From positions 1 through 30,456 of the IMG/VR virus record IMGVR_UViG_3300016665_000205: a stretch of DNA of 30,456 bases; one strand, written 5' to 3'. The position numbers and the translations under genes are program-made. Positions 7,768 through 16,508 of this stretch are shown here, piece by piece. Source of the DNA: a virus. Lineage: Duplodnaviria > Caudoviricetes. Position 1 is the first letter of the stretch, and each line of letters begins with the position of its first letter. The notes beneath the pieces were generated by a model. The model worked only from the letters and a program-made list of their open reading frames with translations, had not been told where the DNA came from and made no database searches.

Positions 7768-7768
7768 C

Positions 7769-7783
7769 GTCCAGAGTCTGGAC
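7769..7783. promoter_or_regulatory. 15-bp palindrome, operator-like (copy 1)
   Basis: GTCCAGA-G-TCTGGAC, 10 nt upstream of TTGACA; recurs at 16163 and 25260. Confidence 0.6.
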
Positions 7784-7793
7784 ACGCCCTTCC

Positions 7794-7823
7794 TTGACAT
7801 TTCGCAATTCGAATCTCTACGGT
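7794..7823 (+). promoter_or_regulatory. Sigma70-type promoter for the head gene operon
   Basis: TTGACA (7794-7799), 18-nt spacer, TACGGT (7818-7823); just after a terminator and ~25 nt before the next start. Confidence 0.65.
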
Positions 7824-7848
7824 GGATGCAGAGAACCGGAGAACGAAT

Positions 7849-8295
7849 GTGGCTGTAACGCCGGAAGACATGATGCGACTGCAGGCTGCGCTGTCCGCGC
7901 AGGCCCCTGTCGCCCCTGCCCCGGCAGACCCGGCCGCCGCCATGCCGAACCAGCCGCCTGCTGAAGGCCCTGCTGGTGCGCCGATGACTCAGCCGGAGAT
8001 GCCTGAAGGCCAGCGCATGGCCGCCATGGCTGAGATCGGAACGGCGCTGGACATGATGCAGAACGCCTTGCCGAAACTGGGTGCTGACACGCCAGAAGGG
8101 CAAGTGGTCCAGCAGGCCCTGATGATGCTGGCCGAGGCTTTCGGGAATTTCCGAAGCCGGATGACCGAATTACAACCGGCGCAGATCATGCAGCTCATGC
8201 GTGCTCTGCCCACCCAGATGCAGGGCGGAGCGCCCATGCAAGGAGGAATGCAAAATGCCCAAGTTCCTGGAGCCGAGCAGCAAGGGCTTCCGTAA
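7849..8295 (+). CDS. Pro/Gln/Met-rich head-region protein (148 aa)
   Basis: GGAGAA RBS 7838-7843, GTG 7849; low-complexity termini and a helical core. Confidence 0.7.
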   Translation: MAVTPEDMMRLQAALSAQAPVAPAPADPAAAMPNQPPAEGPAGAPMTQPEMPEGQRMAAMAEIGTALDMMQNALPKLGADTPEGQVVQQALMMLAEAFGNFRSRMTELQPAQIMQLMRALPTQMQGGAPMQGGMQNAQVPGAEQQGLP

Positions 8296-8440
8296 CCCGA
8301 TGGCCAACGAAAAGGTCAACGGGAACATCGTGAACCCGCCGCGCATGGCGGAGATGGGCGGTCTGTCGAGCGTTCGCAAGTCCGGTGCGGCTTCGAAGAA
8401 CTCGATGACCATCCGCAATCCCGGCGCGACCGCGAAGTAA
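8255..8440 (+). CDS. Small basic head-region protein (61 aa)
   Basis: AGGAGG 8241-8246, ATG 8255; MPKFLEPSSKGFRNP...NPPRMAEMGGL. Confidence 0.7.
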   Translation: MPKFLEPSSKGFRNPMANEKVNGNIVNPPRMAEMGGLSSVRKSGAASKNSMTIRNPGATAK

Positions 8441-8446
8441 GCAACC

Positions 8447-8977
8447 ATGACAGCAGTCCTTGCCACGGGCGGCGTTGCCCTCAGCGGCGTCAAGAACAGC
8501 CAATTCGCGACCTTCGGCAACCCGTATGGCGTGGAGCGTCTGCTGGCGGGCGGCCTGAACATCGACGCGAACTCGGCCAACACCGACTACTCGCTGCAGA
8601 TGGGCACGCTGCGCGATTTCACCGGCGCGGTGGGCACTCCTCGAGTGTCGACACTGGACCTGATGCCGTATGCGTGGGTGTCGGGCCAGAAGTATCGCGT
8701 CACCCGCATCCTGTACGACAACGCGAGCGTGTCGCTGACCACGGCGACGGCCGGCGTGTTTTCGCAGACTGGCGGCAGCGGCGTGACGATTGTCACCAGC
8801 GCTGCGCTGTCGGGCCTGACGGCCGCCGCCATCAACTCGGCGGGTTCTGGTGCCACGCCGGCGATTGCCAACGCGACGACCCTGTTCGACCTATCCGCCC
8901 TGTTCTTCCGAATTGGCACGGCTCAGGGCGCGGCGGCGCGGCTGGATGTGTACATTTTCGGCATTGTAATGCCGTAA
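8447..8977 (+). CDS. Putative virion structural/decoration protein (176 aa)
   Basis: Ala/Gly/Thr-rich beta composition; within the head operon; strong codon bias. Confidence 0.6.
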   Translation: MTAVLATGGVALSGVKNSQFATFGNPYGVERLLAGGLNIDANSANTDYSLQMGTLRDFTGAVGTPRVSTLDLMPYAWVSGQKYRVTRILYDNASVSLTTATAGVFSQTGGSGVTIVTSAALSGLTAAAINSAGSGATPAIANATTLFDLSALFFRIGTAQGAAARLDVYIFGIVMP

Positions 8978-9002
8978 CCGACGACGAGAGGAAGGATCTC
9001 AG

Positions 9003-9536
9003 ATGTCACTTGAAGGCTTGAGCGCGGACCAGATCGAGGCCATTGCGGCCCTGACCAAGTCCATCACCGACAACCCGAAGACTCGCCTGCAGTGGCAGGC
9101 CCTCGTCAAGCAGGCGCACCCGGATGTGGCGACGCCGGAGCTTGACCAGGCGATAGCCACGCAGGAGCTGCACGAGAAGCTGGAAAGCGTCTCCACCGAG
9201 TTCAATTCCTACAAGGAGCAGACCGAGGCGGAGAAGCGCGAGCTTCGGGAGTGGGGCGAGGTGATCGGCGCGCAGCACTGCACCTACGCGGATATCCCGG
9301 AGGTGCAGAAGTTCATGCAGGAGAACGGCATCGTCAACAAGATGTTTGGCGCAAAGTCGTGGGCCTCCAGCAAGCAGATCGCAGAGCCGACCTCGTCGTC
9401 GGCCGGTCGCACGTTCGACATGCCTCAGACGTTCATCCAGAAGTGGAAGGACGGCGGCAACAAAGGACTCGCGCAGATGGCGCGGGATGAAGCGTACATT
9501 GCGCTCCAGGATTTCAGATCCGGCAAAGCCGGGTAA
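9003..9536 (+). CDS. Putative scaffolding protein (177 aa)
   Basis: Acidic and helical, directly upstream of the major capsid gene; RBS GAGGAAGGA. Confidence 0.55.
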   Translation: MSLEGLSADQIEAIAALTKSITDNPKTRLQWQALVKQAHPDVATPELDQAIATQELHEKLESVSTEFNSYKEQTEAEKRELREWGEVIGAQHCTYADIPEVQKFMQENGIVNKMFGAKSWASSKQIAEPTSSSAGRTFDMPQTFIQKWKDGGNKGLAQMARDEAYIALQDFRSGKAG

Positions 9537-9555
9537 CCCAACAGGAGATTAGCCC

Positions 9556-10563
9556 ATGCCCGTTTTCGGCACTGGCATCATGCCTTCGGGTTCCGTGGGA
9601 ACGGAACTCAGCTACGTCACCCGTCGAGCATTCGTGCCGAAGATGGTGGTGCAGATCTACAACTCCACCCCGCTCCTCGCGAACCTTCTGGCCAACAGCC
9701 AGGTGGCCCGCGGCGGCGCGTCGCAGGTGTCCGTCCCGGTGCAGGGCGCTCGCTTCGTCAACCCGCAGTACAGCGACTACAGTGGCGCGTTCTCGCAGCC
9801 GGCTGTGCAGCAGGGCGCATACCTGACCGAGCAGAACCTGAAGCTCCTGATCGTCCCCATCCCGGTGCTGGGCATGGAGTCGGTCGTGCAGGACGCCCAC
9901 GCCGTCATCGACTTGGCCTACGCCCGCATGAACGACGCCGGCAACGCCGCCGCCGAGACGCTGGCCACCAGCCTGTACTCCAGCGTGGCGAACCCGCAGG
10001 GCCTGACCGGCCTTCCGTTCGCAGTGGACGACGGCACCAATGCCGCGAGCTACGGCAACATCAACCGGGTTCAAAACCCGTGGTGGCGCAGCCGCGTGTA
10101 CAACGCTGGCGCGACCAACCCGACCCGTCAGAACATGCTGCAGTACATCAGCGGCACGACCAAGAACGGCGCGGAAGTGCCGACCTTCGGTGTGACCGGC
10201 TTCGGCACATGGACCCTGCTCGCGCAGGACTTCGTGGGTCAGGAGATGTACCAGATCACTCCGGGCGACAGTTTTGCCGACAGCGAGAGCGGCCCGCGCA
10301 GCGCCTTCCGCGCGCTGATGGTGGGTGGCGTTCCGATCTTCGCCGACCCGTTCGCGCCGGAAGGTCAGGTGTTCTTCCTGAACACCAACTACATGAACAT
10401 GTACATCCACGAGATGGCCAGTTTCGCGTTCACCGGCTTCGAAAGCACGATCGCCAACTTCCAGGTTGGCTACATCGGCGCGGTGCTGGTGGTGGCCGAG
10501 CTGGTCAGCGTCAAGCCGAGCACGATGTCGCGCGTGACCGGCCTCAACAGCCTGACGATTTAA
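9556..10563 (+). CDS. Major capsid protein (335 aa)
   Basis: ELSYVTRRAFVPKMVVQIYNSTPLL, YGNINR, GVPIFADPFAPEGQVFFLNTNY patterns typical of HK97-fold capsids; AGGAG RBS; very strong codon bias. Confidence 0.88.
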   Translation: MPVFGTGIMPSGSVGTELSYVTRRAFVPKMVVQIYNSTPLLANLLANSQVARGGASQVSVPVQGARFVNPQYSDYSGAFSQPAVQQGAYLTEQNLKLLIVPIPVLGMESVVQDAHAVIDLAYARMNDAGNAAAETLATSLYSSVANPQGLTGLPFAVDDGTNAASYGNINRVQNPWWRSRVYNAGATNPTRQNMLQYISGTTKNGAEVPTFGVTGFGTWTLLAQDFVGQEMYQITPGDSFADSESGPRSAFRALMVGGVPIFADPFAPEGQVFFLNTNYMNMYIHEMASFAFTGFESTIANFQVGYIGAVLVVAELVSVKPSTMSRVTGLNSLTI

Positions 10564-10573
10564 GGAGAATCCG

Positions 10574-11668
10574 ATGCCTCTGAACCAGATTGGCTTCGGC
10601 CCGAAGACCACCGCATTCGGTGGCATTCCGATCAGCCTTGCCTCCGGCGGCATTTTCAACCTGCCCAGTGGCCAGTGGGCGGTCAACGCCGGCGCGTACA
10701 CGTTCCTGCAGCAGTATGACCCGATCAGCAACATCTGGTTGCCGGTCGGCACCGGCGCGGGCAACGAGCATGCGGTCGTCTCGAGCGATGGCTACAACTA
10801 TCGCCTGGCGAACCTGACCGGCTGCCCGGTCGGTGCCCACATCACCAACGGCGGCACGGGCTACACCAACGGTATCTACCCGGCTGCCGCGCAGCTTGGC
10901 ACGGCCGCCGCCCCCAGCGTGACGATGTCCGCGGGTGGTGCGCGTCCGACGATCGTCGTCGGCGGTGCCATCAACACCTCGGTGACCATCACCTCCGGTG
11001 GTGCCAACTACACCCTGCCGCCGATCCTGACGCTCTCTGCGCCGCCGCAGGGTGGCGTGCAGGCGACTGCGGTCTGCACGGTGTCCGGCGGTGCCATCAA
11101 CGCTGTGACCGTCACCAACCAGGGCGCTGGCTACACCTCGGCCCCGACCATCACCATCACCCGCCACCCGTTCGACACGACCGGCAGCGGCGGCGTGCTG
11201 ACCGTGAACCCGACTCTGGTCGGCAGCGGTTCCGTGACGGCCCTGACCTTCCCGGACCATGGCACCGGCGGCCTGACGGCTGTTCCGACGTTCACGTTCG
11301 CGCCGGCGTCGACCACCGCGGCGACGGCCATCATGTGCTTCACCATTACCGCCTTCAACCAGCAGACGACCCTGACGGGCCTGACGCTGGCGAATATGGG
11401 TCTGGCGATTGGTCAGGCTCCGACGACTGCGGCGACGCTGACAAACCCGCGTATCTCGACCGGCCTGTTCATTCCGCGCCTTGCGATGACTGGCATGTCG
11501 GCGACGACCACGGGCACGCTGACGCCGATCATCGACGGTGGCCTGCACATGACGATTCCGATCGGCACGGTGTATGTCAGCAACATCGCGGGTTACACTT
11601 CGGCCACGGCGGCTGTGGTGCCGACCGTGGGCGGCGTGACTGACACGTCGTTCGTGACCCCGATCTAG
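10574..11668 (+). CDS. Structural protein with repeated 'VTITNxGxGYTxAPTIT' beta modules (head fibre/decoration candidate)
   Basis: TAAGGAG RBS; repeats ITNGGTGYT, ITSGGANYTLPP, VTNQGAGYTSAPT, FPDHGTGGLTAVPT. Confidence 0.7.
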   Translation: MPLNQIGFGPKTTAFGGIPISLASGGIFNLPSGQWAVNAGAYTFLQQYDPISNIWLPVGTGAGNEHAVVSSDGYNYRLANLTGCPVGAHITNGGTGYTNGIYPAAAQLGTAAAPSVTMSAGGARPTIVVGGAINTSVTITSGGANYTLPPILTLSAPPQGGVQATAVCTVSGGAINAVTVTNQGAGYTSAPTITITRHPFDTTGSGGVLTVNPTLVGSGSVTALTFPDHGTGGLTAVPTFTFAPASTTAATAIMCFTITAFNQQTTLTGLTLANMGLAIGQAPTTAATLTNPRISTGLFIPRLAMTGMSATTTGTLTPIIDGGLHMTIPIGTVYVSNIAGYTSATAAVVPTVGGVTDTSFVTPI

Positions 11669-11688
11669 ACAGCAAGGAGGAAGGAACC

Positions 11689-11952
11689 ATGCTGATCGTC
11701 AACAACCAGTTGGAATACGAGATCCGCGCCCGGTACGCCGGGCAGGACTACGAGTTTCTGCCGGGAGAAGACACCCCGTGTGACGAAGAAGTGGCTCGCC
11801 ACGTTTTCGGCTTCGGGGAAGCTGACAAGTCGCCGGCATTGCTCCGGCTTGGGTGGATTTCGCCTGGGTCGGACAAGTCGGTGGCTGAAGAGCGCCTGCG
11901 CAAGGTGGTCTTCAAGCGGGCAAATGTGACCATCACGGCGGCCAAAGAATAA
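11689..11952 (+). CDS. Hypothetical protein (87 aa)
   Basis: AAGGAGGAAGGA RBS; RYAGQDYEFLPGE...VARHVFGFG. Confidence 0.75.
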   Translation: MLIVNNQLEYEIRARYAGQDYEFLPGEDTPCDEEVARHVFGFGEADKSPALLRLGWISPGSDKSVAEERLRKVVFKRANVTITAAKE

Positions 11953-11958
11953 CCGGAT

Positions 11959-12798
11959 GTGGCGACCCTCCAGACCTACCTTACCGAATGCCGGCGGCTT
12001 CTCCATGACGCTGTCGGCAACTTCTGGTCCGATCCTGAGCTGATCGACTACATCAACGCGGGGCGCGATCGCGTCGCCGCTGACACCGCCTGCAGCCGCA
12101 GGCTGGTGACCATCACTCTCAACGTCCAGTCCTGCACCGGCACCGGCAGCGGTGGCAACACCATCACCGGCGTCACGCCAGCCCCCGACGAAACGTGGGT
12201 TGGCTCCAGCGTCATCGGCGCTGGGCTGGTCGGCCTGACCTCCAGCAACCCTGTGGTGCTGGCGGTGTCCGGCTCGACGCTGACCATCAGCGGCACGGCA
12301 GCGGCCGGCCCGGTCAGCTTCACCTACTACCAGGAAGCCTACCCGTTCACCTCGGTGTCGGTGCCCGCGGGTCAGACCATCATCGATGTGCTGAACATCT
12401 CGGCCATCTGGGGCAACGTCAGGTATGTCCTGCAGTCTGAGGCATGGACGACGTTCAACGCCCGGATGCGGTCCTACATGTCGTTCCAGCAACGGCCTGC
12501 GATGTTCAGTGTGTACGGGCAGAACACGGTGTACATCGGGCCGATCGTGGACCAGCCCTACGTCACCGAGTGGGACTGCGTGCTGACGCCGGTGAAGCTG
12601 GTCAACGTGACTGACCCGGAGACGCTGACGTTCCCGTACACGACGCCTGTGTCGTTCTGGGCGTGTTACCTTGCCAAGATCCGCGACAGCAGTTGGGACG
12701 AGGCCAAGGTGTTTCAGGATGAGTACATGGCCAAGATCAGGCACTCCATCGCAGCATCTGCGATGCGTCGGATTCCGAACGTCTATGCGGGAATCTGA
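11959..12798 (+). CDS. Head-tail adaptor / tail tubular protein A-like (279 aa)
   Basis: N-terminal TLQTYLTECRRLLHD..FWSDPELIDYINAGRDRVA and C-terminal helical segment typical of adaptors; position. Confidence 0.7.
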   Translation: MATLQTYLTECRRLLHDAVGNFWSDPELIDYINAGRDRVAADTACSRRLVTITLNVQSCTGTGSGGNTITGVTPAPDETWVGSSVIGAGLVGLTSSNPVVLAVSGSTLTISGTAAAGPVSFTYYQEAYPFTSVSVPAGQTIIDVLNISAIWGNVRYVLQSEAWTTFNARMRSYMSFQQRPAMFSVYGQNTVYIGPIVDQPYVTEWDCVLTPVKLVNVTDPETLTFPYTTPVSFWACYLAKIRDSSWDEAKVFQDEYMAKIRHSIAASAMRRIPNVYAGI

Positions 12799-12801
12799 CG
12801 C

Positions 12802-14349
12802 ATGGCCGAGAAGTCGCTGACCAAGAAGCAGGAGTTCGCCACCTCCGAATTCCGGGGGATGAACACGCAAGCCCTGCGACAGGCCATCGCCGATGGCCAG
12901 CAGTCGTGGCTGGAGAACATCCAGCCCATCGGCAACGCCAACGCGCGCACCGTCCCCGGCATGTCCGCCGCCCTGGCTACCCTGCCCGGGAGCGTGACTC
13001 CGTACATCGCCATGGGGTTCAACATCATCATCTCGGGCACGCCTCGGGACATCCTGATGATCGCGACCACCAACGGCAACCTGTTCCAGTTCAACTGCCA
13101 GACCAACGTCCTTACCACGGTGTCCGCCGGAACGTCGTTCACCAAGGCGTCCTTCGCCCAGTGGGAGAACAGCCGCGTTCTCATCTGCGACGAAGTGTCT
13201 GGCCTGTGGGACTGGGACGGCGCGACGCTGAACAACGCTGGGTACAACAATCAGCCGGCCAGCGGACAGCACATCGCCACGTTCAGCGGGCGCGTGTGGG
13301 TGTCGAACAATCGCACGGTCACCTTCTCTGCGCCCAACAGCTATCTGGACTACCGCACCACCCAGACGGGCGGGTCGTTCATCGTGACCGACGAGACGCT
13401 GCACTCCAGCATCCAACAGCTGATCAGCGCGAACAATTTCCTCTACATCTTCGGCACGTCCAGCGTGAACGTCATCAGCGACGTTCGCGTCGTGTCGGGC
13501 ACGACGTTGTTCACGAACACGAACCTGTCGACGGGCGTTGGGACGCCGTTCCCGATGTCTGCGGTGGTGTATGGCCGCGCCGTGTTCTTCTGCAGCGTGA
13601 CGGGCTTCTACGCCCTGTACGGCAGCAGTGCTCAGAAGATCTCCAGCGAACTTGACGGGCTGTTCCCGCTCATTTCCGGCCTGACCAACCCGGCCGGGCT
13701 TGGCGCTGCGCCGACTGTCTCCGCCGGCGTCGTGGCCCTGAACAACATCCTGTGCCTGTGCTTCCTCTTCCGGTACGCCGACCCGGCGCTGGGCATCACC
13801 CGCCCGCTGCTGGCGGTCTTCTTCGACGGGAAGTGGTTCGTGGCGTCGCAGGGCACGAATAGCGGCATCGGGTCGCTGACGCACATCGTGGACAACGATG
13901 TCGACGGTGAGAACAAGCTCTACGGGGTGGATGCCAACGGCAACATCTACGAGCTGTTCTCGGACACCGCGGCGGCGGTGCCCTACAGGTGGCAGACGGC
14001 CTTCTGGGACTTCGGTGCGCCGGTGCTGTTCAAGCAGGCCATCAAGGCCGGCATCGGCGTCTACTTCTCGTCGCAGGCTGCGAGCCTGACGATCAACGTC
14101 GACACCGAGACAGGCACGAATGCGTTCACGGTCGCTGGTGGCAACCAGCTGCAGTTCGTGGGAACGGGGCCGATCACATTCGTCGGCACGTTGCCGATTG
14201 CGTGGATCTCCGGCGGCTACGTCCTGCTGCAGACGGATGTCACCAACATCGGCAGATACCTCGGCCTGACAATGACGGGCGACGCCATCGACGCCACCTT
14301 CACGTTGGCGTTGCTCGAGTACAACTATCGCTCCCAGTGGGGAACCTGA
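12802..14349 (+). CDS. Tail nozzle / DNA stabilisation protein (P22 gp10 or tubular protein B-like, 515 aa)
   Basis: EFRGMNTQ N-terminus, beta-propeller-like strands, IATFSGRVWV; follows the adaptor. Confidence 0.7.
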   Translation: MAEKSLTKKQEFATSEFRGMNTQALRQAIADGQQSWLENIQPIGNANARTVPGMSAALATLPGSVTPYIAMGFNIIISGTPRDILMIATTNGNLFQFNCQTNVLTTVSAGTSFTKASFAQWENSRVLICDEVSGLWDWDGATLNNAGYNNQPASGQHIATFSGRVWVSNNRTVTFSAPNSYLDYRTTQTGGSFIVTDETLHSSIQQLISANNFLYIFGTSSVNVISDVRVVSGTTLFTNTNLSTGVGTPFPMSAVVYGRAVFFCSVTGFYALYGSSAQKISSELDGLFPLISGLTNPAGLGAAPTVSAGVVALNNILCLCFLFRYADPALGITRPLLAVFFDGKWFVASQGTNSGIGSLTHIVDNDVDGENKLYGVDANGNIYELFSDTAAAVPYRWQTAFWDFGAPVLFKQAIKAGIGVYFSSQAASLTINVDTETGTNAFTVAGGNQLQFVGTGPITFVGTLPIAWISGGYVLLQTDVTNIGRYLGLTMTGDAIDATFTLALLEYNYRSQWGT

Positions 14350-14350
14350 C

Positions 14351-15652
14351 ATGGGCTTCTGGAATCTTCCGAACACCTTCGCAACGCTGTCTGGCAACCA
14401 GCCAGCGAGCAAGCTGGACGACAACTTCGATGCGCTGGCCATCGTCCCGCAGTATGCGACCGCCGCGAGCGGCACGAATGCAATCGCACTGACAGTCCCG
14501 ATTCCATTCACGTCATACGCAATCGGGATGCAGTTCTATTGCGTTGCTCCCGGCACGAACACGTCTTCCACCGTGACCCTGAACGTCAATAGCGTCGGGG
14601 CCGTGAACGTGGTCAAGGACAACAACAACTCGCTAGACGAAGGCGACATCGTGAGCGGGTCTGTTGTTTCGTTCTACTACGACGGTTCGAATTTCCATCT
14701 GATGGTGCATCGTTCGTCAGTTGTGTGTGCCGGCAATCGAATCATCAACGGCGACTTCGTGATTGATTCTAGAAACGGCGGCTCGCAGATGGCGTTCAGC
14801 ACCACGAATACATATGGGCCGGACAGGTGGTTCGTGGGGGCTTCCACTGCAACTAACCTCGCTGGCTGCACCGAGCAGGTTGGAAGCCTGAACCCAGGGG
14901 GCGTTCCGAATGGCCCCGGAATCGGATGGTCTGCGTGCAGGGTCCTGAGAAACTCAGGAACCTATGCTGGATTCCTCTGGCTCGCGCAGGCAATCGAAAG
15001 TGCCAATTGCATCGACATGGCTGGCCAGACTGTCACGCTGTCTTTCAAGGCGCGTCGTGGATCTGCGTTTGCCGGAACCCTTTCTGCTGCAATCCGAAGC
15101 GGAACCGGCCTCAATGAAGGCCGCAACGGATTATCTGGCGGGACGTGGACAAACTATATTCAGGAGGCCGCGAATACATGGTCACTGACCACTGCATGGC
15201 AAAGGTTCAGCGTTACCGCAACGCTGCAATCTGGCATGAGAGAACTGGGCGTCTATTTTGCCACCAGCGCCTACACAGGGACTGGAAGCGCGAACGACTA
15301 CTTCGACATCACCGATGTTCAACTTGAAGTTGGCGCGGCCCCAACCGACTTCCAGAGAATTCCTTATCAAAACACCTTGGAGGCTTGCCAAGGGTATTAC
15401 CAAGCAGGAGTTTTCTCTTCTGCCGGCGCAAGATACGCAAATGGCTTTGGCTCATGGCACCTGAGAGATATTGAATACACCATTCCAATTAGAGCCGCCA
15501 ACAACCCGACACTGACAGGATTTGCGGGTTCGAATTGTTCGACTCCCGCTCTTGGGTCTGTGACGGTTCGAGGATTTTCAATTCAAGTCCAAACGAGTGC
15601 GGCGGCCCAATACTCTGCCACAGGGAATTGGGCTGTCGATGCGGAAATCTAA
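14351..15652 (+). CDS. Tail fibre / receptor-binding protein (433 aa)
   Basis: N-terminal anchor PNTFATLSGNQPASKLDDNF; NRIINGDF...DRWF...GQTVTLSFKAR...ITDVQLEVGAAPTDFQ carbohydrate-binding-like module. Confidence 0.8.
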   Translation: MGFWNLPNTFATLSGNQPASKLDDNFDALAIVPQYATAASGTNAIALTVPIPFTSYAIGMQFYCVAPGTNTSSTVTLNVNSVGAVNVVKDNNNSLDEGDIVSGSVVSFYYDGSNFHLMVHRSSVVCAGNRIINGDFVIDSRNGGSQMAFSTTNTYGPDRWFVGASTATNLAGCTEQVGSLNPGGVPNGPGIGWSACRVLRNSGTYAGFLWLAQAIESANCIDMAGQTVTLSFKARRGSAFAGTLSAAIRSGTGLNEGRNGLSGGTWTNYIQEAANTWSLTTAWQRFSVTATLQSGMRELGVYFATSAYTGTGSANDYFDITDVQLEVGAAPTDFQRIPYQNTLEACQGYYQAGVFSSAGARYANGFGSWHLRDIEYTIPIRAANNPTLTGFAGSNCSTPALGSVTVRGFSIQVQTSAAAQYSATGNWAVDAEI

Positions 15653-15653
15653 C

Positions 15654-16163
15654 ATGTACAAACTGGTCAGAAACTTCGACGGTGTGCGTCGATTGTATGC
15701 GGATGGTTCAGAAGACCTCATCCCAAGCGACGACAGTTACCCACAGTGGCGCGAATACCAGAGATGGCTCGCGGAAGGAAACGTCGCAGATGAAGCATGG
15801 ACGCTGGACGAAGCGAAGCGTGCGCAACTCGACCTCATCACGACGGCCCGCAACGCGGCTCTCGCGACGCTCGTCGCCCCGTGGGATGGCGACCTGTGGG
15901 ATGCGAACGAGGAGACGAGCAACCGGATCGCCAATGCGCTGTCCATGATCCGCGAGGCCGAGTCCCAGAACATCCCGGCACCGGGGGAGATTCCTTGGCG
16001 CACGGCGGACAACAAGACGCGGGTGCTATCGCTTCCTGAACTGACCGCCATGGGCGCATCGGTCTTCGGGGCGCAGCAGATGGTGTGGGGCAAGAACGCC
16101 ATGCTGAAGGATGCCATCCTCGCTGCGGACACGATCGCCGCGGTCGAGGCTGTCGTCTGGTAG
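15654..16163 (+). CDS. Tail fibre assembly chaperone, DUF4376-like C-terminus (169 aa)
   Basis: IPSDDSYPQWREYQRWLAEGN and IPWRTADNKTRVLSLPEL motifs; ATG 1 nt after the fibre stop. Confidence 0.75.
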   Translation: MYKLVRNFDGVRRLYADGSEDLIPSDDSYPQWREYQRWLAEGNVADEAWTLDEAKRAQLDLITTARNAALATLVAPWDGDLWDANEETSNRIANALSMIREAESQNIPAPGEIPWRTADNKTRVLSLPELTAMGASVFGAQQMVWGKNAMLKDAILAADTIAAVEAVVW

Positions 16164-16177
16164 TCCAGACTGTGGAC
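16163..16177. promoter_or_regulatory. Palindrome copy 2 (imperfect)
   Basis: GTCCAGACTGTGGAC, 14/15 identical to the 25260 copy; spans the intergenic gap and the next GTG start. Confidence 0.5.
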
Positions 16178-16507
16178 ATCACGGCCGCCAGCCGGTTCGA
16201 CCGGCGGGACCCGAAAGGGTGGGAGTCATGGAACGTCGCCCATCTGGTGACGCACCGGCAGGTGCATGCCGCCTGCCTCGACCTGTCTCTGGTGACCACG
16301 TTCATGCCGGTGGACTATGATCCGAAGAACGAGAACTGGGGCGAGGACCACCAGTTGATCCACAACAGCCTGTACGAAGCCCTCGGGCTGGAAGGCGCGA
16401 ACCCGGACCTCGGGGATCTGGACTTCGAAGACGACGAATCCTTCGAAATCTGGCATCTGAATCACGACCTGCTGCATCAGCAGATCAACGACGCATTAGG
16501 ACTCTGA
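16172..16507 (+). CDS. His/Asp-rich hypothetical protein (111 aa)
   Basis: GTG 16172; three H-x3-H helices (AHLVTH, DHQLIH, NHDLLH); fills the gap before the next gene. Confidence 0.65.
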   Translation: MDITAASRFDRRDPKGWESWNVAHLVTHRQVHAACLDLSLVTTFMPVDYDPKNENWGEDHQLIHNSLYEALGLEGANPDLGDLDFEDDESFEIWHLNHDLLHQQINDALGL

Positions 16508-16508
16508 T

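Noticed and set aside
10555-10576. Programmed frameshift or readthrough extending the capsid into the next gene
   Set aside because: No slippery heptamer; the next gene has its own strong TAAGGAG RBS
2159-14511. Very long minus-strand ORFs (2159-4291, 5042-6742, 9514-10764, 11665-14511)
   Set aside because: They mirror well-supported + strand genes; strong GC3 bias removes antisense stops; translations have no motifs or RBS
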